64,000 bases of DNA from Polyangiaceae bacterium (GTDB taxonomy: Bacteria; Myxococcota_A; Polyangia; Polyangiales; Polyangiaceae): positions 2,688,001 through 2,752,000 of the forward strand of contig CBDCTZ010000016.1 in the NCBI GenBank assembly GCA_965222375.1, written 5' to 3'. Shown piece after piece: positions 28,167 through 38,037 of the stretch; position 1 is the first letter of the stretch; every line of letters begins with the position of its first letter. Under the pieces are notes generated by a model that saw only the letters and a program-made list of their open reading frames with translations, made no database searches and was not told the DNA's origin. The position numbers and the translations under genes are program-made.

Positions 28167-30491
28167 CTATTTCTCGACGCGGCGCCGCAGGAGGGCGGCG
28201 CCTAGGACGAGCAGCAGCCATGCTGCGCTCCCCGGCGCGGGTTCGGACCTCGGCGTGCGGCAACCGCATCCGCCATCGTCGTCGTCAGCGGCAGAGTTGG
28301 CTGCTCCAGCGCCGGCGCCGGCGCCGCCCGCGGCTCCACTACCCGCCCCGGCACCACTACCGCCGCCACCCGTGGCTCCTGCGGCACCGCCGCTACCGCC
28401 GACGCCGCCGTCCGGACCCGTCGCTTGAACCGTCACGCTCAATTCCAGATCGAAGGAAACGTCGCTGGAGCCCGAGCTGCTCTGCTTGACCATTGCTGCG
28501 ATGATGTTCTCGCCGCTGACGAAGGCACTCGTTGGCACCTGAGCGGTGGAAAGCTCGTTGTCTTGGGAGCTTGCGCTGTAGCTCGCGTAGTCCGTCGCCG
28601 TGATGTGCTTGCTGAGGACCTCCGTTCCGTTGACGAAGACGGCGACACCGTCGTCGTGGATCGCCTTCACTGAAGCATCCGTGACGAGGCCCGCAAGGTT
28701 GATCTTCTTTCGGAAGTACACTGTCGGAATGTTGGGGTCGGCATCATGGAGCTGTGTTGCTTCGTCTCCATCGCCGTAGCCGAGTTCCGCCTTGCCGCTC
28801 TTCCACGCGGAATCGTCGAAGCCTGAGCTGTTCCAACTCGCGCCGGGGTCCGGACCCTGATCCAAATAACTCCAGGTGTCACCGAAGCTGACCGGGACTT
28901 GTGGTCCGACGTTGCCGATGTTGAACCCGGCGTTGCTCTCGTCGAAGACGGCAGCTTTGGCTGATGCTGTGACCTTGACCAGCCCTTGGGTGGTGGTGAC
29001 CCCAGGCACGGTCCAAGTGTACGAGCCCGAGTTCTGCACATGGGTCGCGATGCTGACCCAATTCTTTCCGTCGTCGAGGGAGTAGTCCAGGTTCACGCTT
29101 GGGATGGTGCCGACGGTTGCCCAGCGGATAGTGGTGGGCTGGTTCGGATCGAGAGTCTCGCCACCGTCCGGAGACGCGATCACCAGGGCTTCACCCTTCA
29201 CCATCGTGAACCGATCCGTCACCTGAGCGTCGTGCCGTACGTTGATGATGCTCAGGCGATTGCCTTGAACATCCAAGATGCAGGACCCGTTCTGTTTTTC
29301 CGTGAAGTACATCAACGGGTGGTTGCCCGGTCCGGAAACACCGGTACCCCCGTGACCGGCGACGATGTACACGGCGCCGTTGCGGCCCGTGACGCCAGCC
29401 GGCTTCTGGTAGGGGCCAGTGCCGTCGAGCTTGCCGTCCCCGTTGTCCTTGATCTTCCCCGCTGCCGTCGTCGGCGTTTCGTAGGCGCCGTCCACTAGAT
29501 AGGAGCGTTCGTAGATGTGGGAGTGCCCGGCCAATACCAGGTCGACGCCGCCCGCCTCGAGAATGGGCAACGCCTTTTCCCGCATGTCCCGCAGTTGGCC
29601 CTCGGTATCGGAATCGTGGCTGCCCTTGGTATACGCCGGGTGATGGAAGTACGCGACGATCCACTCCTGCTTGGTCGCTGAGATGTCGTTCTTGGCCCAG
29701 GTGAGCATCGGGCCCGATGGCGAACGGTCTGAGTCGTGTGAGTCGAGGATGATGAAGTGCACGTTGGCGTAGTCGAAGGAGTAGTATGCCTCGGTGCCCG
29801 AGGGCAGGCCGCCCGCCTCCCCAGACTTGGGCAGAACGTAGGCCGTGTAGTACGGGCCGCTCTGGGTCCCCGAATCTGATGAGTGCCCTTCGTGATTGCC
29901 CATGGTGGGCCACATCACGGTGTTGCGTAGCACCGTGGGGTACATGGCGAAGAACTTCGACGTGAACTCCGAAGTGGTTCCGTCGGAATAGGCCATGTCG
30001 CCCATGTGCAGGTAGAGCTGGGGTCGGTACTGTCCGACGTGGGTGAGCATTGCGTCTCGGACCTTGGCCTGCTGGGACCCGCCGGTTCCGGAATCTCCCA
30101 CGATCCAAGCCCGGAACTTCGCGTCCGTGCCAACGGGGGGCGACGTCTCGAAGTAGTGACCAGCGTCGCCGCCAGCCCAGACCTGAGCCCCGGTTCCCAC
30201 GCTGTAGTAGTAGCGTGTGCTCGGCGACAGTCCGGTGATCTTCACCTCGTGCTGAGTTCCGGAGGGGCCGCTTGCGGTCTGGGTCAGCGCTGTCGGGCTG
30301 GCGCCGTACTTCACGACACCTGGAGAACTCGTGCTCGTCGTCCACACCACCGTCATGGAGTTCGGTGTGCCCTGGTGCAGATAGGGACTCCGCGCGAGCT
30401 GGGCATTGGCCGTGCCCGTCGATAGCAGGGCTGCGAGCAGCGCCCCTGCGGTTGCGCCAAAGTGCAGTCGAGGCTTGCAGACATGGGCCAT
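28167..30491 (-). CDS. Purple-acid-phosphatase-type metallophosphoesterase, cell-surface anchored (MYXO-CTERM)
   Basis: Signal peptide, FN3-like N-domain, motifs GDSG/GDMAY/GNHE/HHP/GHSH, Ig-like and lectin-like domains, C-terminus GGCGCR...WLLLVLGAALLRRR. Confidence 0.9.
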   Translation of the reverse strand: MAHVCKPRLHFGATAGALLAALLSTGTANAQLARSPYLHQGTPNSMTVVWTTSTSSPGVVKYGASPTALTQTASGPSGTQHEVKITGLSPSTRYYYSVGTGAQVWAGGDAGHYFETSPPVGTDAKFRAWIVGDSGTGGSQQAKVRDAMLTHVGQYRPQLYLHMGDMAYSDGTTSEFTSKFFAMYPTVLRNTVMWPTMGNHEGHSSDSGTQSGPYYTAYVLPKSGEAGGLPSGTEAYYSFDYANVHFIILDSHDSDRSPSGPMLTWAKNDISATKQEWIVAYFHHPAYTKGSHDSDTEGQLRDMREKALPILEAGGVDLVLAGHSHIYERSYLVDGAYETPTTAAGKIKDNGDGKLDGTGPYQKPAGVTGRNGAVYIVAGHGGTGVSGPGNHPLMYFTEKQNGSCILDVQGNRLSIINVRHDAQVTDRFTMVKGEALVIASPDGGETLDPNQPTTIRWATVGTIPSVNLDYSLDDGKNWVSIATHVQNSGSYTWTVPGVTTTQGLVKVTASAKAAVFDESNAGFNIGNVGPQVPVSFGDTWSYLDQGPDPGASWNSSGFDDSAWKSGKAELGYGDGDEATQLHDADPNIPTVYFRKKINLAGLVTDASVKAIHDDGVAVFVNGTEVLSKHITATDYASYSASSQDNELSTAQVPTSAFVSGENIIAAMVKQSSSGSSDVSFDLELSVTVQATGPDGGVGGSGGAAGATGGGGSGAGAGSGAAGGAGAGAGAANSAADDDDGGCGCRTPRSEPAPGSAAWLLLVLGAALLRRRVEK

Positions 30492-30695
30492 TTTCCAGAG
30501 TCTAGTCCGAACCCTGCGCCCGCGGCGGATGCTGTGTGGCGTCGCAGCCGCAAGTGCTTAAATGTATTGACTGTTTTTGCTAGGCGTCGCGGGCGGTGAC
30601 GGCTCCGCACCGAAAGCGCCACTCCTGGCCATCCGCTCGCGCAGTGGCGGTGGGCAGGAGTTGACGCTGCTGCCGCGTGTTGCCAAAACCCTGGA

Positions 30696-30971
30696 ATGTC
30701 GAAGACGGTGAAGTGCGTGAAACTGGGCCAGGAAGCCGAGGCCCTGGACAAGCCACCTTTCAAAGGCGAGCTGGGGCAGCGTGTGTACGAGAACGTGTCC
30801 AAAGAGGGCTGGCGGATCTGGCTCGAGCACTCGAAGATGCTCATCAACGAGTTTCGCCTGGACCTGACCAGTGAGCAGGGGCAGCACGTCTGGATGACAG
30901 AGTGCGAGAAGTTCTTCTTCGGAGAGGGCTCTGAATTGCCGCCGGAGTTCGTTGCGACCAAAGGCGGATGA
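30696..30971 (+). CDS. yggX: Fe(II)-trafficking / oxidative damage protection protein
   Basis: MSKTVKCVKLGQEAEALDKPPFKGELGQRVYENVSKEGW..W......LINE.RL. Confidence 0.92.
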   Translation: MSKTVKCVKLGQEAEALDKPPFKGELGQRVYENVSKEGWRIWLEHSKMLINEFRLDLTSEQGQHVWMTECEKFFFGEGSELPPEFVATKGG

Positions 30972-31966
30972 GCGTGCTCCGCCGAGCTTGCGCACTGGGT
31001 ATGGCCGTGGGTTGCGTGTTGGCGTGCGCTTCCAAGAAGCCCCCGCCGCCAATGATCGAGACGCGTGCGGCCGATGTGGGTGTCGGACGTGACGAGCCTG
31101 AGCGCGAACCCACGGAACTGGCGAAAAAGCCAAAGCCCGCGCAGGGGAGCGAAACGGTTCCTGTACCGGCGGGGGAAGCGCCGAAGCCTCTCGAGACCCA
31201 AGGCGGGCCCATCCCCGCAGCTGGAGGTGGCGCGCCCCGGGTTACACTACTCAAACCCGGTGCTGAGCCGCGCAAAGTCGCAAAGCACGCTTTTCGCAAA
31301 GGCGCGAAGCAGAGGCTCAAGTTTGCCTCGACGTCGAAGATAACGGGTGTGTCGTTGCCCTTGCCCGACATTCGCATGAGCGCTCCAATCAACATCCGCA
31401 TCATTCAGGTGAGCAAAGACGGCGACGCGAAGTTCACGTATTCCGCGGGCCCCTTTGCGGTCGGCCAGGGCGGCGGCGCCCTGGGTGGAATCCTGGGCGG
31501 GCTCGCAGGCGGCCTGGGCAGCAAAATGCCCGAGCGCGTCGTCGCGACCGGGTGGGTCACCCCTCAAGGTATCGTACGGGAGTTCAACGTCGAGCAAGGG
31601 GGCAAGGACGGTGACGCCCCGGTGGAAGTTGGGGATGCCTTCCCCAAAGAGCCCATTGGAAGGGGCGCAGAGTGGCAAGTCGACGTCACCCTGGATGAAA
31701 AGAAGGGCCCCGTGAACCAAACCAGCCGCTATGAGCTACTTAGCTTCGCGGGAAAGACCGTCAAGGTCAAGGTGCGGCGCACTCAGCAGCCGGTCGGTGG
31801 CTCCGCGGATGGTGCTGGGTCCAGCGAGGGCACGCTTTCTTTCACCCTCGGCGGTTTCTATCCCACGGGTCGCTCGTCCATGGACAAGGCAATGAACGTC
31901 GCGCTGCCCGGGATGGGATCGACGCCGATTCGCATGAAGAGCACGGTCAACGTCACGAAGCGCTGA
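30968..31966 (+). CDS. Hypothetical lipoprotein
   Basis: Lipobox VLAC, Pro-rich linker, LLKPGAEPR and FPKEPIGRGAEW motifs. Confidence 0.7.
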   Translation: MSVLRRACALGMAVGCVLACASKKPPPPMIETRAADVGVGRDEPEREPTELAKKPKPAQGSETVPVPAGEAPKPLETQGGPIPAAGGGAPRVTLLKPGAEPRKVAKHAFRKGAKQRLKFASTSKITGVSLPLPDIRMSAPINIRIIQVSKDGDAKFTYSAGPFAVGQGGGALGGILGGLAGGLGSKMPERVVATGWVTPQGIVREFNVEQGGKDGDAPVEVGDAFPKEPIGRGAEWQVDVTLDEKKGPVNQTSRYELLSFAGKTVKVKVRRTQQPVGGSADGAGSSEGTLSFTLGGFYPTGRSSMDKAMNVALPGMGSTPIRMKSTVNVTKR

Positions 31967-31969
31967 CGG

Positions 31970-32296
31970 TTACTTGAGCAACGCCTCGAAGAGCTCGAGG
32001 TTCTCTTTCTCTGCTGGATCGATTTCGCCGTCCGCTGCGATCACCTGGCGCGCGGCGTCGATGAATAGCTGTCGATGCGCTCGTGGGACGCGGTTCGGGT
32101 CGACTTCCTCTGCCTTCGGTGGCGTCTTCAACCACTCCTCTACCTTTGCGGCTTCGTCGTCGGTCAGTTTCAAGGACTTGACCATGCGGTGGACCAAGGT
32201 GCGCTCCGAACCTCGGATCTCCAGGTCTGCCCAGGCGAAGGAACACACGAACTTCAGGAGCAACATGCGCTCGGATTCGTCGAGGTCAGAAAGCAT
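31970..32296 (-). CDS. TerB-family (tellurite resistance B-like) protein
   Basis: FAWADLEI..SE and ADGEIDPAE duplicated motif. Confidence 0.8.
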   Translation of the reverse strand: MLSDLDESERMLLLKFVCSFAWADLEIRGSERTLVHRMVKSLKLTDDEAAKVEEWLKTPPKAEEVDPNRVPRAHRQLFIDAARQVIAADGEIDPAEKENLELFEALLK

Positions 32297-32465
32297 GGCG
32301 GCGAGGCTACCAGAGGGAAGAGCCATCGCCACGCGTCAGATGGCTGGGGACCGCTATCCGCCGCTAACTCCCGGAGATCACGGGACTAATGCTCCAACCC
32401 GCCGCGGCCACGACAGTCCGGAGTTTGGCGCTTAGCAGTCCCTTTTGCTAAGGCGGGGTTGGCTC

Positions 32466-33029
32466 ATGGTTAGGCCCGTCGCCATCATCGTTGCTGCGAT
32501 CATGCTCTCCCGGCCGCAAATGCCGAGGGAGGAGGCCGTGGAGTTTGCCAAGGTGCTCAACGCCGTGGCCAAGGAGCACAACTTCGATCCGCTGACGGGC
32601 GTGGCGATCGTGCACTACGAAAGCGGCTGGCGCCCGGAAGTGGTCAGCCCCAATGGGGAAGACCACGGTCTGGGCCAGATTCGGGCCCGTTACATCGGGG
32701 CGTGTCGAAAAGACGAAGACCCTGTGAACGCCCCGAGCGAAGCCTGCAAGGCGGTCAAGAAGTCGCTGCTGGAGGCGGAGACGAATCTCCAGACCATGGG
32801 CCAGCTCATCACCAACAACCGCAAGCTGTGCAAAAAGAAGACTGGCACGGCTTGGTTTCCCCAGTGGCTCGCGAGCTATCAGGGCAAGAATCATCCGAAG
32901 CGCAACCACTGGTGCAAGGCCGACAAAGCGACTCATCGGGTGATTCGCTACCGGCTGCACTTGATCAAGACGGTTGTGCACAAGCGCAAGGCATCCCAGA
33001 AGCGCTCCAAGAAGCCTTCCAAGAAGTAA
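32466..33029 (+). CDS. Lysozyme-fold / lytic transglycosylase (SLT)-like protein
   Basis: DPLTGVAIVHYESGWRPEVVS...GLGQI matches SLT motifs I and II (catalytic Glu-Ser); very basic C-terminus. Confidence 0.6.
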   Translation: MVRPVAIIVAAIMLSRPQMPREEAVEFAKVLNAVAKEHNFDPLTGVAIVHYESGWRPEVVSPNGEDHGLGQIRARYIGACRKDEDPVNAPSEACKAVKKSLLEAETNLQTMGQLITNNRKLCKKKTGTAWFPQWLASYQGKNHPKRNHWCKADKATHRVIRYRLHLIKTVVHKRKASQKRSKKPSKK

Positions 33030-33096
33030 GCCCTCAGCCGAGCTCTGGGCGTAGGCCGGAGGCTGGTGCTATACTCCTGGTCGAAGGAGCTGCCCG

Positions 33097-34065
33097 GTGG
33101 AACTCCAGACCATGCTGGAAAAGTGCCGACGTGAGCAGTGGCGTGTCGGCGATTTGGATTGGAATGCTCGTCCCCGCGACATGAGCCGCGAGGATGAAAT
33201 CGCCATCGTCCAGTACTTCACGGACATGGCGGGCATCGAGCGCCTGGCCGGCGCCCTCTTCGAACAGCAGCGCAAAAACACGGACGATTCGGTGCTGAGG
33301 GAGATCTTCGCGACCTTCGTCAAGGACGAAGTGCGCCACGCCCACGCGGCGCAGATGCTCGCGGACTTCTACGACGTGCACAAGTACCGTCTGTACCAGC
33401 CCAACGATGCGTTGATGAAGTTCACCCCGCATTTCATCAATGCAATTCGGTTCCTGCCTCCTGAGATCGCAAACACGTACATCACGAGTGGCGAGCTGAT
33501 CCTGGATGTTGCACTCCTACGGTCCATTGGCGACCACGTCAAAGACGACATGAGCGACCAGGCAATGGAGCTCATCAATCGCGACGAGTCGCGGCATATC
33601 GCCATGGATTTTCACATGGTGGAGCACTACGCCACCGAGGAGTATCGACAGCAGCAGGCGAGCCGACCCAAGCCGAGCCTGTCGCGTCGGTTATCAGCGG
33701 TATGGGCGTTTGCCAATGTGCTCTACTACGGCGCGCCGTTCTTCAGAGACGTGTTCTTCGAGCCGATGCGCCATGTGGACCCGAGCGGGCGGCGGCTCCG
33801 ACAAGCATTCAAGCGCATTCAACTCCTGGGCACGAAGGACGAAGTGCGCGACCACCCCTTCACGAAGTTCATGACCGGGCTGCAGGATGTGTACAATGAT
33901 CACCTGGTTGCGCGGGTGGTATTTGGCCGTATCATTCGCCGCATTCTGGGGGTGGATGATTCGCTCATATCGCGGCTGTATTCCGACGACGAAGTGCGTC
34001 GAACCAAGCAAATGAGCTTCGACGAGATGGCGCAAGACGCCCTCGGCGCCAAGCACGAGAACTAG
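33097..34065 (+). CDS. Ferritin-like diiron protein (AurF / acyl-ACP desaturase-like fold)
   Basis: Two ExxH pairs (DEVRH, DESRH) with upstream Glu (GIE, SGE); N-terminal QW....LDW. Confidence 0.75.
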   Translation: MELQTMLEKCRREQWRVGDLDWNARPRDMSREDEIAIVQYFTDMAGIERLAGALFEQQRKNTDDSVLREIFATFVKDEVRHAHAAQMLADFYDVHKYRLYQPNDALMKFTPHFINAIRFLPPEIANTYITSGELILDVALLRSIGDHVKDDMSDQAMELINRDESRHIAMDFHMVEHYATEEYRQQQASRPKPSLSRRLSAVWAFANVLYYGAPFFRDVFFEPMRHVDPSGRRLRQAFKRIQLLGTKDEVRDHPFTKFMTGLQDVYNDHLVARVVFGRIIRRILGVDDSLISRLYSDDEVRRTKQMSFDEMAQDALGAKHEN

Positions 34066-34106
34066 TCGCTCCGCGCCTCGGCCGCGCTGCTATTGTCGCT
34101 TGGACG

Positions 34107-35948
34107 ATGCGTACCGTACTCTTGTCCCTTGCCGCTCTGGCCGTCGCTTGTGGCGGCGTGCCCCCCCAACCTGCCATGTCGAACGCACCGCCCCAGAGTA
34201 GCGCTGCACCGGTTCAAGCGCCCGCGGTCAACTGGACGCCGGACGCAGCGGCCGGCGTGGAAGACGCGAAGCTCGCGGCACTACTGATCGAGCATTGGCA
34301 ATGGAACATGACCGAGTTCCCGATTTGGGCCACACGCCTCGGCATTCATCGTTTCGACGACAAGGTGGGGGACCGCTCCCGGAGCGCCGAAGAAGAGCGG
34401 CGCAAGGTTCGTCGGGGCTTCGCGGCTCGAATAGAGGAGATCCTGTCTGGCGAATTGAAGGGCCGGCAGCGACTGACCGCGAGCTTGTTCGCTGAAACCG
34501 TCCGTTCGGAGATAGAAAGCGAAATCTGCGAACTCGACCTGTGGACCCTCTCTCCTCGCTCCAACCCCGTGACCGAGTGGAATCGCTTGGCCGAGTCGCA
34601 CCCAATCCGTTCGATGCAAGACGCCGAGAACCTGCTCAGGCGCTATCGGGCCGCCCCGGAGGCGATCGAGCGGCAGATTGACTCGTTGCGACTGGGCGCC
34701 AAGCGCGGGCTGTTCGCAAACAAACGGTCCGTGGCGCTCACGATCAAGATGCTGGAGCAGGAGCTCACCGTAGCTGACGACAAGTGGGGACTGCTGGGGC
34801 CAGCAAAGAGTGCCAAAGGCCTGTCGGACTCCCAGCGCGACACCTTTCGTTCGGACTTGCGCGCCGCCGCCACCGGGATCCGCAACGCGACCAAGCGCTA
34901 CCTCGTGCTTCTCAAAGAGGAGATCGCGCCCCATGCGCGCGGTGAGGGCAAGGAGGGCGTGGGCGCGCTGCCCAACGGACAAGCTTGCTATCGAGCGCTT
35001 TCCCGCGGACACACCACGCTGGATCTGGAGCCGAAGGCCATTCACGCGATCGGGCCGAAAGAGATAGCGAAGATCGAGGAAGAGATGCGCGGCTTGGGCA
35101 AGCGCACCCTCGGTACTGGGGATCTCGTCAAGATCCGCACACGCCTGCGCACCGACAAGAAGCTGTATTTCGATTCCGCCGCGAGCATCGTGACCGCGGC
35201 GGAGCGGGCTCTGGCGTCCGCCAAAAAGAGACTCCCGGACTACCTCGGGCTGCGACCCAGTTCGGATTGCGTGGTCAGGCAGATCCCAGACTACGAAGCG
35301 GAGTTTTCGACGATTGCCTACTACCGCCAACCGCATCCAGATGGCACCAAGCCCGGTGAGTATTTCGTCAACGTTTTCGAACCCCAGACGCGGCCGCGCT
35401 TCGAGGCGGAGGTGCTCGCGTTTCACGAGAGCATTCCCGGCCACCATCTGCAAATCGGCGTGGCCCAGGGTTTGAAAGGTGTTCCCGCGTTTTTGAAGCA
35501 CGCAGGCATGACTGCTTATGTGGAAGGCTGGGCGCTGTATACGGAACGGCTAGCAGACGAACTCGGGCTCTATTCGAGTGACTTGGATCGCATGGGCATG
35601 CTGAGTTTCGACGCTTGGCGTGCGGCGAGGCTGGTCGTGGACACGGGCATTCATGCCATGGGCTGGACGCGCAAACGAGCTGAGCGATATATGCTGGAGC
35701 ACACGGCTTTGACCGAGGCCAACATCAAGAATGAGGTCGACCGCTACATCGGTTGGCCCGGTCAAGCGCTGGCCTACAAGTTGGGCCAACTGGAAATCCT
35801 CGAACTGCGGGCCCGCGCCAAGCGGGACCTGAAGGGCACGTTCAGCCTCGCCGAATTCCACGACGAGGTCCTGCGCCACGGCGCTGTGAGCCTCCCGGTG
35901 CTGCGACAGCTCATTGGCTCTTGGGTCGACAGAAAGAAAGGTGGCTGA
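34107..35948 (+). CDS. DUF885 family lipoprotein (putative metallopeptidase-like)
   Basis: Lipobox AVAC; HESIPGHHLQ, EGWALY, RLVVDTGIH and EVDRYI.WPGQALAYK motifs. Confidence 0.92.
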   Translation: MRTVLLSLAALAVACGGVPPQPAMSNAPPQSSAAPVQAPAVNWTPDAAAGVEDAKLAALLIEHWQWNMTEFPIWATRLGIHRFDDKVGDRSRSAEEERRKVRRGFAARIEEILSGELKGRQRLTASLFAETVRSEIESEICELDLWTLSPRSNPVTEWNRLAESHPIRSMQDAENLLRRYRAAPEAIERQIDSLRLGAKRGLFANKRSVALTIKMLEQELTVADDKWGLLGPAKSAKGLSDSQRDTFRSDLRAAATGIRNATKRYLVLLKEEIAPHARGEGKEGVGALPNGQACYRALSRGHTTLDLEPKAIHAIGPKEIAKIEEEMRGLGKRTLGTGDLVKIRTRLRTDKKLYFDSAASIVTAAERALASAKKRLPDYLGLRPSSDCVVRQIPDYEAEFSTIAYYRQPHPDGTKPGEYFVNVFEPQTRPRFEAEVLAFHESIPGHHLQIGVAQGLKGVPAFLKHAGMTAYVEGWALYTERLADELGLYSSDLDRMGMLSFDAWRAARLVVDTGIHAMGWTRKRAERYMLEHTALTEANIKNEVDRYIGWPGQALAYKLGQLEILELRARAKRDLKGTFSLAEFHDEVLRHGAVSLPVLRQLIGSWVDRKKGG

Positions 35949-35949
35949 A

Positions 35950-36174
35950 ATGGCGGAGCCCGTGGACGAGCTCAGCCGACGGATTGTCGAGCTGGAGCTG
36001 CGATACACCGAGCAACAGGACGTCATCGAGCAGCTCTCGGACGCCCTCTACGAGCAGCGGCGCGCCCTGGAAGCTCTCCGGGCGCGGCTGGAGGCCGTGG
36101 AGAAGCGCGGCTCCGAGGGTAGCGGTGCCGACAGCCCCGTCGATCCTGCGGCGGACCGCCCTCCGCACTACTAA
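35950..36174 (+). CDS. slyX: SlyX family protein
   Basis: RIVELELRYTEQQDVIEQLSD...PPHY C-terminus. Confidence 0.88.
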   Translation: MAEPVDELSRRIVELELRYTEQQDVIEQLSDALYEQRRALEALRARLEAVEKRGSEGSGADSPVDPAADRPPHY

Positions 36175-36234
36175 GCGCGCCAATTCGGCCATCGGCGGGT
36201 GCGGTGGGCGCCCTGCGTGATACCTTGTTTCCCG

Positions 36235-38037
36235 ATGCGCCGCATCCTGTCCGCCCTGCTGCCGGCGCTGAGCCTGCTCCTGTGCCAGTGCTCCGTGGTC
36301 AACCAACTGGATGACCTCAAGGGCAGCCCCGACGCGAGCGTGGAAGCTGGCACGGGTGGGGTCGCGGGTAGCGCGGGCGCGGCCGGGAGTGCGGGTAGTG
36401 GCGCCAGCAGCGGGGTCCTTCCAACCGGGGCTCTCTGCGCAACAGACAATAGCTGCCAGACCGGTTTCTGTGTGGCGGGCATGTGTTGCGACAAGCGCTG
36501 CGACTCGCCCTGCCTGGCGTGCACGGCTGCGGCCAAAGAGGATGGTGAAGATGATGGCACCTGTGGCCCTGCCAAGGCCGGTACGGATCCCCGTAACGAT
36601 TGCGCCGACGAAGGAGCCATGACCTGCGGCAAGGATGGCAAGTGCGACGGGAAAGGGGGCTGCCGCTTGTATGGCAACGGCACGCGCTGCAGCGACGCCA
36701 CCTGCAGCGGGGGCATCAAGAAGCTGCCCAAGGCGTGCGACGGAAGCGGCAGTTGTCTGGAGCTGGGACAAGTCATCTGCAACCCATTGCAGTGCGCTGG
36801 CAACCTCTGCGTCGGAGACTGCGAAACCGACGCCGCTTGTCAGGCGACCGAGTTCTGCGACACGATCCAAAACCGCTGTGTGACCAAGCTGACGGACGGT
36901 ACTGCCTGCACTACCGCAAACGTCTGCCAAAGTGGGTTCTGTGCGGATGGTGTGTGCTGCGAATCTGCCTGCCAAGGCACCTGCATGTCGTGCGCGGCAG
37001 CGCTCAGTACCGGAAAAGATGGGGAGTGCGCGCCCATTCTGGACGGCACCGACCCGAAGACCCAGTGCAACGACGAGGGGCCCTCCAGTTGCGGTACGGA
37101 TGGGCAATGCGATGGCAAAGGCGCGTGTCGTTTCTACGGAGTGACTGCCGTCTGTGCCGCCGCGACCTGCTCCGGCACGACCCTGAATGCGGCGAAAACC
37201 TGCGACGGTAAAGGCAATTGTGCTTCCAATGGCTCGAGTAGCTGCAAGCCCTACATTTGTGGTTCTGGCGCTTGCCTGACCTCATGTTCTGGGAATGGCG
37301 ATTGTGACGGCACGAGCATCTGCACCGGGAGCGTTTGCCAAGGTCCGAAGTCCAACGGTGCAACCTGCTCGTCAGCCGCCGAGTGCCAAAGCGCATTTTG
37401 CGTTGACGGCGTGTGCTGCAACAGCGCGTGCACGGGCTCTTGCAAAGCGTGCTCAGCGGCCAAGAAGGGCACCGGAGCGAACGGCGTTTGCGCGAACGTG
37501 GCTTCGGGCTTCGACCCCGATGGCAACTGCTCTTCGCAATCGAAGTCCACTTGCGGTAGAGACGGCCAGTGCGATGGCAATGGCGGCTGTCGATTGTGGT
37601 CCTCAGGCACTCAATGTGGTTCCCCCAGCTGCGGCCCGAATCCAGCCAGCCCGACGGTGTTCCTTGCCCACTACGCCGATACCTGTGACGGCGCTGGCAA
37701 ATGCGTCGACAAAGGTACCGTTGCTTGCGGTCTTTACACCTGCAATGGATCGGCGTGTCGCACGAGCTGCACTTCGAGCACGCAATGCGCACTTGGCGTC
37801 TGTAACAGCACCAGCAACGTCTGCTACTTCAGCTGCGGTATCAGCCCGACGCATCAGGCGCCCCGCGGCCCCCTGGCGCTTCTGGCCCTGACGCTCGCTG
37901 GCGTGTTCGTCCGCCGACGCCGCAGCTGCGCTGTGCACGCCTTGAATTCCGGACCCGCCCTGCGGGTTGCCAGACAGGTCAACCGCCGTCTTCAGCGGAG
38001 CCGCTGGGACTGCTTCCAGGCAGATAGCCGTGAGTGA
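36235..38037 (+). CDS. Cys-rich repeat surface protein with a MYXO-CTERM-like anchor
   Basis: Three ~150-aa repeats (CQ(S/T)xFCxxGxCC...DP...CGxDGxCDGxGxCR); near the C-terminus SCGI...LALLALTLAGVFVRRRR. Confidence 0.8.
   Translation: MRRILSALLPALSLLLCQCSVVNQLDDLKGSPDASVEAGTGGVAGSAGAAGSAGSGASSGVLPTGALCATDNSCQTGFCVAGMCCDKRCDSPCLACTAAAKEDGEDDGTCGPAKAGTDPRNDCADEGAMTCGKDGKCDGKGGCRLYGNGTRCSDATCSGGIKKLPKACDGSGSCLELGQVICNPLQCAGNLCVGDCETDAACQATEFCDTIQNRCVTKLTDGTACTTANVCQSGFCADGVCCESACQGTCMSCAAALSTGKDGECAPILDGTDPKTQCNDEGPSSCGTDGQCDGKGACRFYGVTAVCAAATCSGTTLNAAKTCDGKGNCASNGSSSCKPYICGSGACLTSCSGNGDCDGTSICTGSVCQGPKSNGATCSSAAECQSAFCVDGVCCNSACTGSCKACSAAKKGTGANGVCANVASGFDPDGNCSSQSKSTCGRDGQCDGNGGCRLWSSGTQCGSPSCGPNPASPTVFLAHYADTCDGAGKCVDKGTVACGLYTCNGSACRTSCTSSTQCALGVCNSTSNVCYFSCGISPTHQAPRGPLALLALTLAGVFVRRRRSCAVHALNSGPALRVARQVNRRLQRSRWDCFQADSRE

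Noticed and set aside
31970..32296. TerB as part of a tellurite-resistance or anti-phage island
   Set aside because: Solitary gene with no other ter or defence genes around it.
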